From Actinomycetota bacterium (GTDB taxonomy: Bacteria; Actinomycetota; Thermoleophilia; UBA2241), in NCBI GenBank assembly GCA_003132585.1, contig PKYG01000023.1, positions 11,841 to 75,840 of the forward strand: DNA of 64,000 nt, in the 5' to 3' direction. Shown here one piece after another: positions 39,718 to 50,243 of this stretch (its first letter is position 1; every line of letters starts with the position of its first letter). The position numbers and the translations under genes are program-made. The notes under the pieces were generated by a model that had not been told where the DNA came from, ran no database searches, and saw nothing but the letters and a program-made list of their open reading frames with translations.

Positions 39718-42414
39718 CTACGCCGTGAGGTTGCCGTAGATGCCGGGCAGCTTGGTGGGCAGCGAGGCGACGTTCTGGATGACCGTGTACCTGGCTGCTC
39801 CGAATAGCTCCCTCAGGTAGTCGGGCCCTTCGGGGTCGACCGTGATACAGAACGTGGCCAATCCTTTGTTCCGCGCCTCGTACAGCGCCATCCTCACGTC
39901 CTCGGTGGCATACGTCATGTTCCCGTAGCCCATATCGTAAGGCCGCCCGTCACTGAGCAGTATCAGCAGCTTGTCGTGAGCCGGCTGGCGTGAGAGGCGG
40001 TCTGCGGCGTGCCGGAGAGCGGCTCCCAGGCGAGTGTAGGCGTGAGGTTCGATGGCCCCGATGCGCCGGGCCACGTTCTCGTCGAACTCGTCCTCGAAGT
40101 CCTTGATGACCCGCAGATCGACGCGATGCCGCCCCTGGCTGGTAAAGCCCAGGATGGCGTAGCGGTCATCGAGCTGCTCGACGGCTTGGGCCAGGAGAAC
40201 GAGGCCCTGTTTCTCGACGTCGATCACGCGGCGATCATCCTCGACCGGCGCCTCCGTCGAGTCGCTCATATCGAGAAGAAAGAGGACCGCGAAGTCCCGG
40301 AGCTTCTTGTCGTGACGGATGAAGACCTTGTCCGTTAGAGGAGCCCCGGCCGCGCGATCGGCCAGAGCTTCTACCAGGGCATCCAGGTCGAGCTCGTCTC
40401 CGTCCGGTTGCCGGAAATAGCGGGCAATGCGCTCGCGACGCAGGCGCTCGAACTGCCGGCGTATGAGCAGGACCTCCCCGCGGTACTGCTCGAGCGTGCG
40501 CTGGACGAAGGAGGAATCTCCCTCGGGTATCTGCCGGCACCGGACCGTACACCAGCGGATCCGGTAGTCGTTGGCCTCGTGATCCCACTCGTCATAGTGG
40601 TAGACCTCGCATTCCGGGAGAAGCTCCTCTCCGGGCTCCTGCTCGAGAATTACGAGGTCGCACCTGGAGTCCGGGAGGTCTCCGAGCGGCACCTCCCCCT
40701 CGGGCATGTCGCTCACCTGTAGAGGTTCGGTCATACCCGAATCGCTCGCATTCAAGCTCTCAATAAGACCAGCGTCATTCGGGTCCAGGCTAGGGGGAGG
40801 GCTGTACCTCTCCCCGGCGGGGACCGCCGCCGCGGCCGGCTCGTCTCCTACCCCAGTCGCCCCCGCCCCGGCCAAGGCCAAGCCGGCCGAGAAGTGGTCG
40901 TGAAAGGGCGGGTACGGCACCTCGGCAAACGCGAAGTCCCTCAGCCGGCCGTATGCAAACCATTCGGGCGCGATCAACTCGAACAGCCGCGCCGAGGCGC
41001 TGAAGGACTGCGCGGGGCTCGCGCCTTCCTCGGTGAGGGGCCGCATCACTTCCTCGATCTTCGCGAGCAGCGCCTCGTTTTCAAGTATGCGAATTCCGAA
41101 GGGAAGAACGGCGAGCTGGGCGCGGAGAGCCGGTGGGGTGACCGGCTCCCGGCGCCCAGGCCTTTGCAGGTAGTCCGCATACACCTGGCGCAGCAGTAGC
41201 TCGGCGTCCTGACGAAGCCCGGGAAGGACCTCAAAAAGCGCGGCGTCGATGCGGTAGTCCTCCGAGGCCATGAGCAGGAAACGGCGGACCGCGGCCTCCT
41301 CGGATGTCGCCCCGGGCGTATCCAGCTCGCCGGAGCCGTTCCCCAGAAGCTGTCTCACGAGCGACCGCCCCTCGAAGCTGCCGAACCGCTGGTGGGCAGC
41401 GGCATGAATGCCGGTGAGCTTGTACATTCGCGCCGGGCTGAGACCGCGGGCGCCCAGGGTGGGGCGCAGATAGAGAGTCCGGCTGTCGTTGAGGGCGGCC
41501 ACCTCGGAGGGTACCGAAGTAGGCTCGAGGAGGTCGAACATGCTTCGAACCTCCACCGGGCGCCCGAGAAAAGCTTCCAGAACTACGCTTACTCGTGGTT
41601 GAAGGGCGGAGAACGAGGTTCCTCGAGAAAAGGCCTGCACCACCTCGTGGCTCTTCTTGGAGTTGTAGGACATATAGAGCACGAGGCCCTCGTCCGGCAA
41701 GCCGGCAGCGAGGCCTTCCTCGGCCCATTCCCGGATTTGGGCGACGCTCAGCGTACCGAGAAGCGCGGGCAGCATCTGAAAGAAGCCCTTGGTGGCCTGC
41801 CGGGATCTCTCGGCTATCCGGCTGCCGATTTGGGCCAAGGCCGCCAGATCACGAGGCTGTAGCGACGGCGCGCTTTGGGCCACTGATTGCAGAAAACCGT
41901 GTGCCGCCCACCAATCAGCGCCGGCCAAGGCCACGGCCTCCGCGTGCCACGTCCGGAGGAAAGCCAGGTTTCTGCCGGCCAGGACCAGGGGCGCGTACTC
42001 CAGGAAAGTCTCGGCCAGATTTGCTTTGCTGGCTATTCTCAGAGCATAGTCCGTCACCTCGACAGCGGTTTCACGGTCCATCGAGGCCAGATAGCATAAC
42101 TGGGCCAGGTAAGCACCGGCCAGGTGCGCCGAGTGAGCCATGAAAACCCGAACGGCCTCGTGAACCGGTTCGCGCAGGTCTGGGTGCTCACTCAGGCAGG
42201 CCAGCCCTTCCAACGCCGGCAGGAGAATGCCCTCCTTGTCCCGCCAGGTCTGGGCACTGACGAGCTCGGCCAGCTCGGTCCACAAGGCCAGGTCGGGGGA
42301 CTCGAGCGCCTGAAGCTCAGCCAGGTGCCGTTCCGCGAAGGCGAGCGAGTGCCCCCCCAGGCCGCTGAGCAGCGAAGGCAGGAGCCGGGACCCACTTGTC
42401 GGAAGGTCGCTCAC
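39718..42414 (-). CDS. Large VWA-domain protein, CbbO/NorD/CoxE-like partner of the MoxR-type ATPase
   Basis: ~600-aa helical N-region plus C-terminal VWA: [18 protein letters not shown]…[12 protein letters not shown]… (MIDAS). The start overlaps the upstream stop (ATGA). Confidence 0.75.
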   Translation of the reverse strand: MSDLPTSGSRLLPSLLSGLGGHSLAFAERHLAELQALESPDLALWTELAELVSAQTWRDKEGILLPALEGLACLSEHPDLREPVHEAVRVFMAHSAHLAGAYLAQLCYLASMDRETAVEVTDYALRIASKANLAETFLEYAPLVLAGRNLAFLRTWHAEAVALAGADWWAAHGFLQSVAQSAPSLQPRDLAALAQIGSRIAERSRQATKGFFQMLPALLGTLSVAQIREWAEEGLAAGLPDEGLVLYMSYNSKKSHEVVQAFSRGTSFSALQPRVSVVLEAFLGRPVEVRSMFDLLEPTSVPSEVAALNDSRTLYLRPTLGARGLSPARMYKLTGIHAAAHQRFGSFEGRSLVRQLLGNGSGELDTPGATSEEAAVRRFLLMASEDYRIDAALFEVLPGLRQDAELLLRQVYADYLQRPGRREPVTPPALRAQLAVLPFGIRILENEALLAKIEEVMRPLTEEGASPAQSFSASARLFELIAPEWFAYGRLRDFAFAEVPYPPFHDHFSAGLALAGAGATGVGDEPAAAAVPAGERYSPPPSLDPNDAGLIESLNASDSGMTEPLQVSDMPEGEVPLGDLPDSRCDLVILEQEPGEELLPECEVYHYDEWDHEANDYRIRWCTVRCRQIPEGDSSFVQRTLEQYRGEVLLIRRQFERLRRERIARYFRQPDGDELDLDALVEALADRAAGAPLTDKVFIRHDKKLRDFAVLFLLDMSDSTEAPVEDDRRVIDVEKQGLVLLAQAVEQLDDRYAILGFTSQGRHRVDLRVIKDFEDEFDENVARRIGAIEPHAYTRLGAALRHAADRLSRQPAHDKLLILLSDGRPYDMGYGNMTYATEDVRMALYEARNKGLATFCITVDPEGPDYLRELFGAARYTVIQNVASLPTKLPGIYGNLTA

Positions 42415-43244
42415 CCCGCAAATACGGTCTCAACCAGCTCGTCCATTGTGGCCAGCATCTCCTCGTCGTCACTGAGCGGGCGCGTGACCGCCACCCGGAC
42501 AGCTGAGCGCGGGGTAAGCCCGCGTTGAATCAGCCGGCCGGCGTTGACCAGAAGGCGAGTCGAAGCCCCCTCTTCCAAGCCGTGGTCCTTCAAATTCCTC
42601 AGCTGGTGGGCCAGCTCGACGAGCTGCACCGACATCTTCTCGGGAACGTCTGTCTCCGAGCGGACTATCTCCGCCTCGAGCTCCCTCTCCGGGTAGTCGA
42701 ACTCGAGAGCGACAAAACGCTGGCGCGTCGAGGGCTTCAGATCCTTGAGAATGCTCTGATAGCCCGGGTTGAAGGAGATGACGAGCACGAAGTCCTCGTG
42801 CGCGGAAAGGAAGCTTCCCCGCTTCTCCAGGGGCAGAATGCGCCTATCGTCCGCCAGAGGATGGATGATGACGATAGTGTCTTTCCTCGCTTCGACAAAC
42901 TCGTCCAGGTAGCAAACCGCCCCCCGCCTGACCGCCGTGGTCAGCGGCCCGTCCATCCAGACGGTTTCCCCGCCGACGAAGAGGTAGCGCCCGACCAGGT
43001 CCGAGGCGGTTAGATCTTCGTGGCAGGCAACGGTTATGAGGGGCAAGCTCAACCGATGAGCCATATACTCGAGAAAACGGGTCTTCCCGCTGCCCGTAGG
43101 CCCCTTGAGCATGACAGGGAGCTTCAGGGCATGAGCCTTCTCGAAGAGCTCTACCTCCTCCCCAAGGGGTCGGTAGAAGGGCTCCCGGATGATTCGGTAG
43201 TCCTCGAGGCTCCCGTCTCTTCCGTATTCCGTCGCCTCTCGCAT
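42411..43244 (-). CDS. CbbQ/NorQ/NirQ-family (MoxR-class) AAA+ ATPase
   Basis: [48 protein letters not shown]…[13 protein letters not shown]… (Walker A/B, CbbQ-type N-terminus). Confidence 0.85.
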   Translation of the reverse strand: MREATEYGRDGSLEDYRIIREPFYRPLGEEVELFEKAHALKLPVMLKGPTGSGKTRFLEYMAHRLSLPLITVACHEDLTASDLVGRYLFVGGETVWMDGPLTTAVRRGAVCYLDEFVEARKDTIVIIHPLADDRRILPLEKRGSFLSAHEDFVLVISFNPGYQSILKDLKPSTRQRFVALEFDYPERELEAEIVRSETDVPEKMSVQLVELAHQLRNLKDHGLEEGASTRLLVNAGRLIQRGLTPRSAVRVAVTRPLSDDEEMLATMDELVETVFAG

Positions 43245-43349
43245 TTGCGCTCATCACTCCTACGGGTCGAACAGCATGCGCCCTGAGTAGCCCAATGGTG
43301 CTCCTGTGGGTGTCCCGGCGTGGTGGTGTTCCGCCGCGGGTCCTGGGTG

Positions 43350-44162
43350 TCAGTGGTGATGAGCCCCGGAGTGTCCTGCCGCTCCCGCAACCTGGTGAGC
43401 CGGTGGCTCTTCCGCAAACGCGCCATCGTAGTCTGAGCCCACAACCTCCGCCTCGCCGATCACCAGGCGCGCAACATTAGGCCAGCCTTCCGGGTCGGCA
43501 CCGCCTGCCCCGTAGCCGACCGCCTCCGACCTCAGAGCGGGCAAGACGGCCACCTGCCGGCCCAACGCCGTCACCAGGGCGGCGCCCGTGGGTGTGGTCA
43601 GCTCGCGCCGCGGCCCCCGCGCGTGGAATGTCCAGCCGGTCAACAAGCGCAAGGTGGCCGGGGCCGGCACAGGGAGGAGGCCATGAGCACAGCGCACGGT
43701 TCCACTGCCGACGTTTACCGAACCGACCAGCAGCTGGCGCACCTCCAGGCTATGGAGCCCGAAGACGGTTCCGGCGATGTCCGCCAGCGCGTCGGCCGCG
43801 CCCACCTCGTGGAAGTGCACCTGGCGAGGATCCACGCCGTGCACCGCCGCCTCGGCCTCGGCGAGGCGCAGAAAGACGGCGATTGCGCGGCTCTTCACCT
43901 CGTCGGGTAGGGCGCTCGCCTCCAACAGACCGACGATGTCCGCGAGATGACGGTGCTCACGCTGCTCGGGGTAGGTGACCTTGACGCTCGTGGCGCCGAT
44001 TCCATTCCTCCGCTCGCTGTCGGCCTTTACCTCCAAGCCCTCCACCCCGAGGCAGTCTAGGGCACCCTGAAGATCCGTTAAGGCAAGGCCAGCATCGATC
44101 AGAGCCCCGAGGAACATGTCGCCGCTTATGCCGCTGAAGGGGTCCAGCCAACCTATCCTCAT
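43350..44162 (-). CDS. larC: Nickel-pincer nucleotide cofactor Ni-insertion protein, N-terminal (LarC1/DUF111) part only; the CTP-binding LarC2 domain is absent
   Basis: MRIGWLDPFSGISGDMFLGALIDAGL… typical LarC start; His-rich C-terminal tail (HSGAHHH). 270 aa, versus ~420 aa for full LarC. Confidence 0.7.
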   Translation of the reverse strand: MRIGWLDPFSGISGDMFLGALIDAGLALTDLQGALDCLGVEGLEVKADSERRNGIGATSVKVTYPEQREHRHLADIVGLLEASALPDEVKSRAIAVFLRLAEAEAAVHGVDPRQVHFHEVGAADALADIAGTVFGLHSLEVRQLLVGSVNVGSGTVRCAHGLLPVPAPATLRLLTGWTFHARGPRRELTTPTGAALVTALGRQVAVLPALRSEAVGYGAGGADPEGWPNVARLVIGEAEVVGSDYDGAFAEEPPAHQVAGAAGHSGAHHH

Positions 44163-44250
44163 GAGACCATGTCTCCCATCCTCACGCCGCTGGCTACCAT
44201 GCTGCTGGTTCCGTGGCCAATGGGGTGCGAGAACGCATAAAAGCGCCGCT

Positions 44251-45069
44251 CTAAGCGCCCGTATCGACCATGCTGTCCAGCTCCTTCTCGAAGGGTCCTT
44301 GCTGGGCGCGTGCCCCCCTCACCGCCATCTGGTTGATCATATTGGCCTGGTAGCCGGCGCCGAAGCCGTTGTCGATGTTCACCACCGACAGGCCCGGGGA
44401 GCAAGAGTTGAGCATCGAGAGCAGCGCGGCGATGCCCTCCAGGTGGATCCCGTAGCCCACGCTAGTCGGCAGGCCGATTACCGGGCAGCTGACGAGACCG
44501 CCGATGACGCTGGCCAGGGCGCCCTCCATGCCCGCCACGGCGACAATGGCGTTGGCTTGCCCAAGCACCTCGCTCTTGCTCAGCAGCCGGTGGATCCCTG
44601 CTACGCCGATGTCGTAGAGCCGCTCGACTCGACTGCCGGAGGCCTCGGCGGTCAAGGCCGCCTCTTCGGCAACCGGGATATCAGACGTTCCGCCCGTGGC
44701 GACACAGACCAGACCGACGAGCGGAAGCTCGGCAGGGTTGAGCACGGCAAGTGATGCTTCCCGGTGGATCCGGTGTGGTAGTTCGCTCGCCGCAAGCGCA
44801 TCGAGCACCTCGGGCCGCGCCCGCGTGGCCAGCACATTCGTGTGCCCGTAGGCAACCATCCGCCGGGCGATCTCCACTACCTGCTCCACAGTCTTGCCGG
44901 CGCAGTAGATCGCTTCTCCGTAGCCCCGCCGGAGAGTGCGGTCGTGATCTATATGGGCAAAGCCCAGCTCCTCACCAGGCAGCCTGGTTAGCTGGCGGAG
45001 TGCCCCTTCGAGACCGATCCGCCCCTCCCGGACACCCTCGAGCAGGCAGCGAAGCTTCTCGGCGTTCAT
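44251..45069 (-). CDS. larB: Pyridinium-3,5-biscarboxylic acid mononucleotide synthase (PurE-like), NPN cofactor biosynthesis
   Basis: …GLVCVATGGTSDIPVAEEAAL…VAGMEGALASVIGGL… PurE-like fold with LarB-type N-extension. ATG 45069 overlaps the larE stop (ATGA). Confidence 0.8.
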   Translation of the reverse strand: MNAEKLRCLLEGVREGRIGLEGALRQLTRLPGEELGFAHIDHDRTLRRGYGEAIYCAGKTVEQVVEIARRMVAYGHTNVLATRARPEVLDALAASELPHRIHREASLAVLNPAELPLVGLVCVATGGTSDIPVAEEAALTAEASGSRVERLYDIGVAGIHRLLSKSEVLGQANAIVAVAGMEGALASVIGGLVSCPVIGLPTSVGYGIHLEGIAALLSMLNSCSPGLSVVNIDNGFGAGYQANMINQMAVRGARAQQGPFEKELDSMVDTGA

Positions 45070-45914
45070 TGGAGCACACTCGGCAGCCCCGCCTGGGGAA
45101 CCTCGTTCATGCTGCCTGTCCGGTAGCCTTCGAGGTCGAAGGCGGCATAGACGAAGCCAGCCTCCTTGATGACGGCAACGACCGCCTCGGCCACCTCGAG
45201 GAGGTGGGCGAAGTCCGCGGGCAGCACCTCGAGCCGGGCGACCTCGCCATGGTAGCGAAGGCGCAGCTGTGAAAAACCGAGGTCCCTCAGCCTTTCCTCC
45301 GCCCGCCCGACCCGCGCGACGCGCTCCCGAGTGATAGCTGTCCCATACGGAAACCGGGAGGAGAGACAAGCAGACGAGGACTTGTTCCAGGTGGGGAGCT
45401 TCAACCACCTGGAGAGCTGCCGGATGTCCTGCTTGGTCAGCCCGGCCTCACGCAGCGGGCTGCGCACCCCGCGCTCCAGGGCCGCCTGCTTGCCCGGCCG
45501 GTGATCTCCCTCGTCATCCAGGTTGGACCCGTCCAGCACCCAGGGCAGCCCCTCTTGGGCGGCCGTCTGGGCCAGCCGCCGGAAGAGCTCCTTCTTGCAG
45601 AAGTAGCAGCGGTTCCGGGGGTTCTCCCGGAATTCGGGTAGATCGAGCTCCTCGGAGATGATGAAGCGGTGGTGCACGCCGAGCTGCTCGGCGACGGCGG
45701 CGGCGCCCTCCGCCTCCCGTCGTGGATAGGTCTCGGAAAGAGCGGTGACCGCGAGCACACGTTCGGCCAGCGCCTCCCTGGCAGCCGCCACGAGGAAGGT
45801 GGAGTCAACCCCACCGGAGAAAGCAACGACAACCCCTTCTAAGGGCCTCAGTAGCTGCTGCAGACTCTCCCACTTCACCGCATCCGCTTCTGATATCGGG
45901 TTCAGTAAGACCAC
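45066..45914 (-). CDS. larE: ATP-dependent sacrificial sulfur transferase (PP-loop ATPase), NPN cofactor biosynthesis
   Basis: VVAFSGGVDSTFLVAAARE (PP-loop SGGxDS)…CYFCKKELF…CLSSRFPYGT. Confidence 0.85.
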   Translation of the reverse strand: MVLLNPISEADAVKWESLQQLLRPLEGVVVAFSGGVDSTFLVAAAREALAERVLAVTALSETYPRREAEGAAAVAEQLGVHHRFIISEELDLPEFRENPRNRCYFCKKELFRRLAQTAAQEGLPWVLDGSNLDDEGDHRPGKQAALERGVRSPLREAGLTKQDIRQLSRWLKLPTWNKSSSACLSSRFPYGTAITRERVARVGRAEERLRDLGFSQLRLRYHGEVARLEVLPADFAHLLEVAEAVVAVIKEAGFVYAAFDLEGYRTGSMNEVPQAGLPSVLQ

Positions 45915-46036
45915 AAGAGACCCCTGACTTTTTGCATACTACAGTTCACAGCGCAAAGAAGGTACTGATGGACTGCAAGGACCAGAGAAACCCTGGTCCT
46001 TGCTGACCATCACCGAGACGGACAGGGCAGAACTAA

Positions 46037-47119
46037 TTACCTGCCTGGATGCGTCATATGCTTTGTGGCCGCCGCGGCAGCCGCCCTGGTCTTCTCGACG
46101 TCGATCGGCTTGAGCCCGATCATCTCCCGATAATCGTTTCCGGTTGCTACCTTTCGGCCCATCAGCTCCGCCATCGTCTTGAAGGCCAGGAACGTCTCCG
46201 CATTGTCTTCGATACGGTCGTCCTTATGGGGCCACTTGAAGACACTGTCTTCTTTGCCTACGCGAATGTGCAAACCGAGGCAAAGAGCTAGGGTAGCCAG
46301 ATAGCTCGAGGCACGACCAGCCGCACAGACGGCGATGATGGCCTCATCGTCGATGTCCTTGATTGCTCCCACCAGATGCATGAGGCCGTACACCATCTGC
46401 CGCGGGTTCTGCATCGGACTCCCACCAGGCAAGGTCGGGAGAATCAGGAAGAAATAGGGCTTCTCAAGCAGACCTGTCTTAATCAGGTAGCGGTCAGCGT
46501 TGTCGATGTCGCCGTCGCTGTAAACCGCTATCTGGCACTTGACCCCGCGCTCCTGACAAATCCTGGTTTTCTCGATCATCACGTGAGGCGGCTTTGCGAA
46601 CAACGTGTCCCCGCAATAGGTGGCCGTGGTGTTTATCGGTGTAACCTCGAGGTGACCAGCGTCCAGCAATTGTATCATCTTATCCCACTCGCCCGTCTGC
46701 ATGGGCACCACGCAACCGTCGTACACGACCTCCGGGAACTTCTCTCTCAAAGGAGGCAAGTACCGGTTGTACATCGACGGGTCTAGCACATTGTAGCCGT
46801 TCTCATCCCGAAAATGGATATGGACCGTAGGCGCGCCCGCGCTTGCGCATGCCTCAGCGGAAGCCATGATCTCTTCAGGCAGCACGTGATGAAAGGGGTT
46901 AGTGCGAGGGCTATAGAACGCGCCGGTGATCGCGGATGATATCACGACCTTATCCGGGATATCCCACGGGGGCTGCACGACAACATCGCCATACAAGCTG
47001 GTTATCGGGTCCGTGACCTCGGGAAGCCCGTACGGCTTCCAGATGGCCATGAATTCCTCTTTCTTCTTATACTCCTCGATCAGCTCCCAGTTCACTCTAT
47101 CCTTGGTCATCGTCTTCAA
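46037..47119 (-). CDS. BKACE-family (DUF849, 3-keto-5-aminohexanoate cleavage enzyme-like) TIM-barrel enzyme; GC lower than flanks
   Basis: …SAITGAFYSPRTNPFHHV…APTVHIHFRDENGYNVLDP… matches BKACE hallmarks. Confidence 0.65.
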   Translation of the reverse strand: MKTMTKDRVNWELIEEYKKKEEFMAIWKPYGLPEVTDPITSLYGDVVVQPPWDIPDKVVISSAITGAFYSPRTNPFHHVLPEEIMASAEACASAGAPTVHIHFRDENGYNVLDPSMYNRYLPPLREKFPEVVYDGCVVPMQTGEWDKMIQLLDAGHLEVTPINTTATYCGDTLFAKPPHVMIEKTRICQERGVKCQIAVYSDGDIDNADRYLIKTGLLEKPYFFLILPTLPGGSPMQNPRQMVYGLMHLVGAIKDIDDEAIIAVCAAGRASSYLATLALCLGLHIRVGKEDSVFKWPHKDDRIEDNAETFLAFKTMAELMGRKVATGNDYREMIGLKPIDVEKTRAAAAAATKHMTHPGR

Positions 47120-47226
47120 CCTCCTCTATTGAGCGGCCAGACACGGCCACTGCAACTAAAGGGCGCGACGATGGCTGGCGTGGTGCCGGCCAAGCCGGCC
47201 TCCATCGCGCCCTCCGCTTACAGGGG

Positions 47227-48717
47227 CTACTTCACAGTTCTCTTCTTCTCCGGCTCCGGCATGCTCTTCTCAGAATGAGCGTAGTTGTCCAAAGATGCCT
47301 CGACCCAGTCGGTGGGCTTGTTGGCCGCCATCTCGTCCGCGCCGTAGTAGACGGTGCAGCCGTCCACGAAGGCCTTCATGTCCTGCCTCTGCTCGCGGCG
47401 CGCGATGGCGTCCTCCAGCTTTGCCTGATCGGTCACGTCCGGGATGCACCAGAGGTTCGACATATCGGCCAGGAGCACGTCCGGCGCCTCATAAACAGTG
47501 CCGGCCGCCTCGGCCTCATGGTGATAGCACACGGTATAACCGTAGCCGGGACAGTTCGAGATCTTGACAACCGACTTGGCTTTGTTGACCTTGTCCATGA
47601 AGCCCTCCAGCTGGTGGCTGGGCGAGGACGCGCATTTCCCGATCAACCACACCTCGTCATAGTCGCTCAGGTCCTCGCCAATCATGGCCCTCGCCCCCAC
47701 GATAAGCGCGTACTTCTTGTCGGGCCCCACGAAGGGGGGCAGAGTGTTGAGGGCCCACCAGCAGCCCTGGCAAGCGCCGCCGTAGAACTCCTTGACGTTC
47801 GGCCATCTGCTGATGTACTGGCCGAAAGGCCTCTTGAAGGGGAAGAGGGCCTCGCTAATGGGCGTGCCGAGAACATCTATCTCGTCCAGATCGCCCGTGC
47901 CGAGGCCATCCTTGTGGGCCATTTGCGTGGCCGGGATCTCCAGAGGATGCATGCCCATGACCGCACAGGAGACGGCGTCAAAAGCCACGACGTCCGAGGA
48001 GGCGATGATCACACCGGGATTCACCACCAGGCCCGCGTGCGGGCCGGAGCCCTCCATGCCGTACACGCCGTCGAGCACGTTGAGCTTGAGCTTGGCGCCC
48101 AGAACCTTGGCCACGTCGGTGCAGGCCGCGCCCATGTCCATCTTGTTCTTGTGGAAGAAGGTGCGGTGGCTGTTGTGGAACGCCCCGACCCAGGACTTCA
48201 ATCCCAGCGTGGCCGTTTGCACCAGGTTGCACTTCATCTTCGGGACGTTGATGACCACGTCGGCCTCGACCAGAGACTTGGGGAGGCGGATCTTCCCGAA
48301 CGCCCGGCCGTTCGGTACATCGTATTCCGGAAAGTCGTCGTTCTCCCAGTTGACTACCTCGTCTGCGCCCCCTCTTTCGGCGGCTTCCTTCAGGCCGGTC
48401 ACCCTCCAAGCCAGCTCAGGATCGCAGTGCCAGCCGGTCTGCTCCCCGACCTTTACGTAAGCACCCGTTTCCTTTGCCACTCGCACGACAGCTTCCAGGA
48501 CAGCGGGGTGGGTCGTCTCCGCCTCGTCCGGATGGGACGCATAAATCAGGTTGGGCTTGATCATGACCACGTCGCCCTTTCCACAGAACTGCGCCATCCC
48601 GCCCAGCAGATCTATGGCTTCGCGTACCGCTTTCTCCGCGTCAACGTATTCCTTTGCCTTAGTGATCGCGACCTTGCTCTTAGTCTGTAGAGCTGGTCTC
48701 TCGACGATTCTACGCAT
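47227..48717 (-). CDS. DUF362-family protein (function unknown); candidate client enzyme of the Lar system
   Basis: …LLGGMAQFCGKGDVVMIKPNLIYASHPDEAETTHPAVLEAVV… (DUF362 signature IKPN). Confidence 0.6.
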   Translation of the reverse strand: MRRIVERPALQTKSKVAITKAKEYVDAEKAVREAIDLLGGMAQFCGKGDVVMIKPNLIYASHPDEAETTHPAVLEAVVRVAKETGAYVKVGEQTGWHCDPELAWRVTGLKEAAERGGADEVVNWENDDFPEYDVPNGRAFGKIRLPKSLVEADVVINVPKMKCNLVQTATLGLKSWVGAFHNSHRTFFHKNKMDMGAACTDVAKVLGAKLKLNVLDGVYGMEGSGPHAGLVVNPGVIIASSDVVAFDAVSCAVMGMHPLEIPATQMAHKDGLGTGDLDEIDVLGTPISEALFPFKRPFGQYISRWPNVKEFYGGACQGCWWALNTLPPFVGPDKKYALIVGARAMIGEDLSDYDEVWLIGKCASSPSHQLEGFMDKVNKAKSVVKISNCPGYGYTVCYHHEAEAAGTVYEAPDVLLADMSNLWCIPDVTDQAKLEDAIARREQRQDMKAFVDGCTVYYGADEMAANKPTDWVEASLDNYAHSEKSMPEPEKKRTVK

Positions 48718-48840
48718 GCTCGTTCCCCTCTCTTGTCATTTGCTGACGGACGGCTGACTCTGGCGTCCCGCTAGCTGGTTGTTAGGGCAATCCCCCCTTT
48801 CCCGTCCGCGGCGCGGCGGACGGTCCTATGCGACGAGGTC

Positions 48841-49395
48841 CTATTCCGCCGCGGCGGATTTGTCACGGACTATCCTGGGGAAGGTGATGGTCACGTTGAA
48901 CCATCCGAGGAACGCCCCGATGTACCCCGCCACCAGCACCCAGAGGAAGCTAACCCACGGCTGGGCGTAAATGCTGTGCGTGGCCGGATAGCTGGCCGTG
49001 AAGTAGACGCCCAGCGACAAGGACACTCCATTGAAGACCGCAAGCGATCCGTCCCACAAGAACTTGCTGTACCTCAAGAGGTACACGAGAATTCCCATCC
49101 ACACGGCCAGCGAGATGTACAGCGCCATGTTCTTCGGGAGATGCGGCGCCAGAAGCACGGTCATGTACAAGGACAGTGCCGTCAGGACCGCACCATACGC
49201 GTAACAAGGGATTATGATTCGAAGGGCGCTCGCCTTGGCACCAAAAGTGAAGTACTCGGCCCACACGATGAACGATGCCCAGAGCGGGATGTTGTATCTA
49301 CCCAAGTACAGGCTCAGCGGGAGGGCGACCACGATCGTAATTGAAACAGCTAGCCAGAGGGGGATGGTTTCCTTCGTTGTTGTGGGAGTTACCAT
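48841..49395 (-). CDS. Integral membrane protein (5-6 TM), first gene of the lar-containing operon
   Basis: 184 aa, highly hydrophobic, no family assigned (possibly transporter S-component-like). Confidence 0.5.
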   Translation of the reverse strand: MVTPTTTKETIPLWLAVSITIVVALPLSLYLGRYNIPLWASFIVWAEYFTFGAKASALRIIIPCYAYGAVLTALSLYMTVLLAPHLPKNMALYISLAVWMGILVYLLRYSKFLWDGSLAVFNGVSLSLGVYFTASYPATHSIYAQPWVSFLWVLVAGYIGAFLGWFNVTITFPRIVRDKSAAAE

Positions 49396-49699
49396 TGTGA
49401 GAGTGCACCTCCAAATTGCCTACGATGTTTCCTCGATGGGTGACAGCACGACGGAAGCTGATATCCTGCTCATTGCTTTCTCTCCGTTGCCGCTCCTCCC
49501 AGTAAGTAATTCGTATTCCCACACTCAGCTGCTTGGTTCTCTCCTTTCTTTGACGTGGTTATTTGTTCTCATGTCGGGTGTGCAGGTTGCGATCTCATGG
49601 TAGAAACCAGTCTTGCGCAGACCACAGCCCCATCCAGTACCCAGACATCTCCGCCTCGAGTGTTGAAGTTGCCGACCTGCCGCTTTAGCGTTGCTCTAC

Positions 49700-49730
49700 A
49701 AGTACTAACATTATAGGAGGCACTTTACCA
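49700..49730 (-). promoter_or_regulatory. Putative sigma70-type promoter (-10 TATAAT) for the minus-strand lar-containing operon, giving a ~300-nt leader
   Basis: Minus-strand sequence …cctcctataatgttagtac… within an AT-richer 850-bp divergent intergenic region. Confidence 0.3.
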
Positions 49731-50243
49731 GTTTACATAAAAGGCCGGCCTATGTCACCAGTGATTCTGAGGTTTCTCCTTCCTCATCTCCTCGGTTTCC
49801 CCGCCGCGAAGAACCAGACCCCAGCTACGCTTCCATTCGCACTCTACGTGAACCCCCTTGGGAGTCCGGTGCACGTTGGGGTCCGACCGGGGAGAGACGC
49901 TGCTATCTGTCAAACGGCCTTCTTGTTGACGCTCGTTTCCGTCACTTGGCCGAGGCTCCTCGCGCAGTCGTCTTTCGCCTAGCCGTTGCTTTGGACTGAC
50001 CAAACAACTGAATTCAAGCACACGCCATATGAAAGTGCAATAGTGATTGATGTTTCCTCTCGGACACTGTCCAACCGCCGTCTTACCCTTGCAATTGCAG
50101 CCAAACTTCGGCAGCAATGGCGGTTAGCCGGATGGCGACCGGGTTGACTCTTGCGCCGGGGCGCTCAGGGTGTTTCAATGCGTCCAGGCCACTGGACTGA
50201 CCGATGGTTGCAGTGGATCGACCATAGGAGAGAAGGGAAGTAG

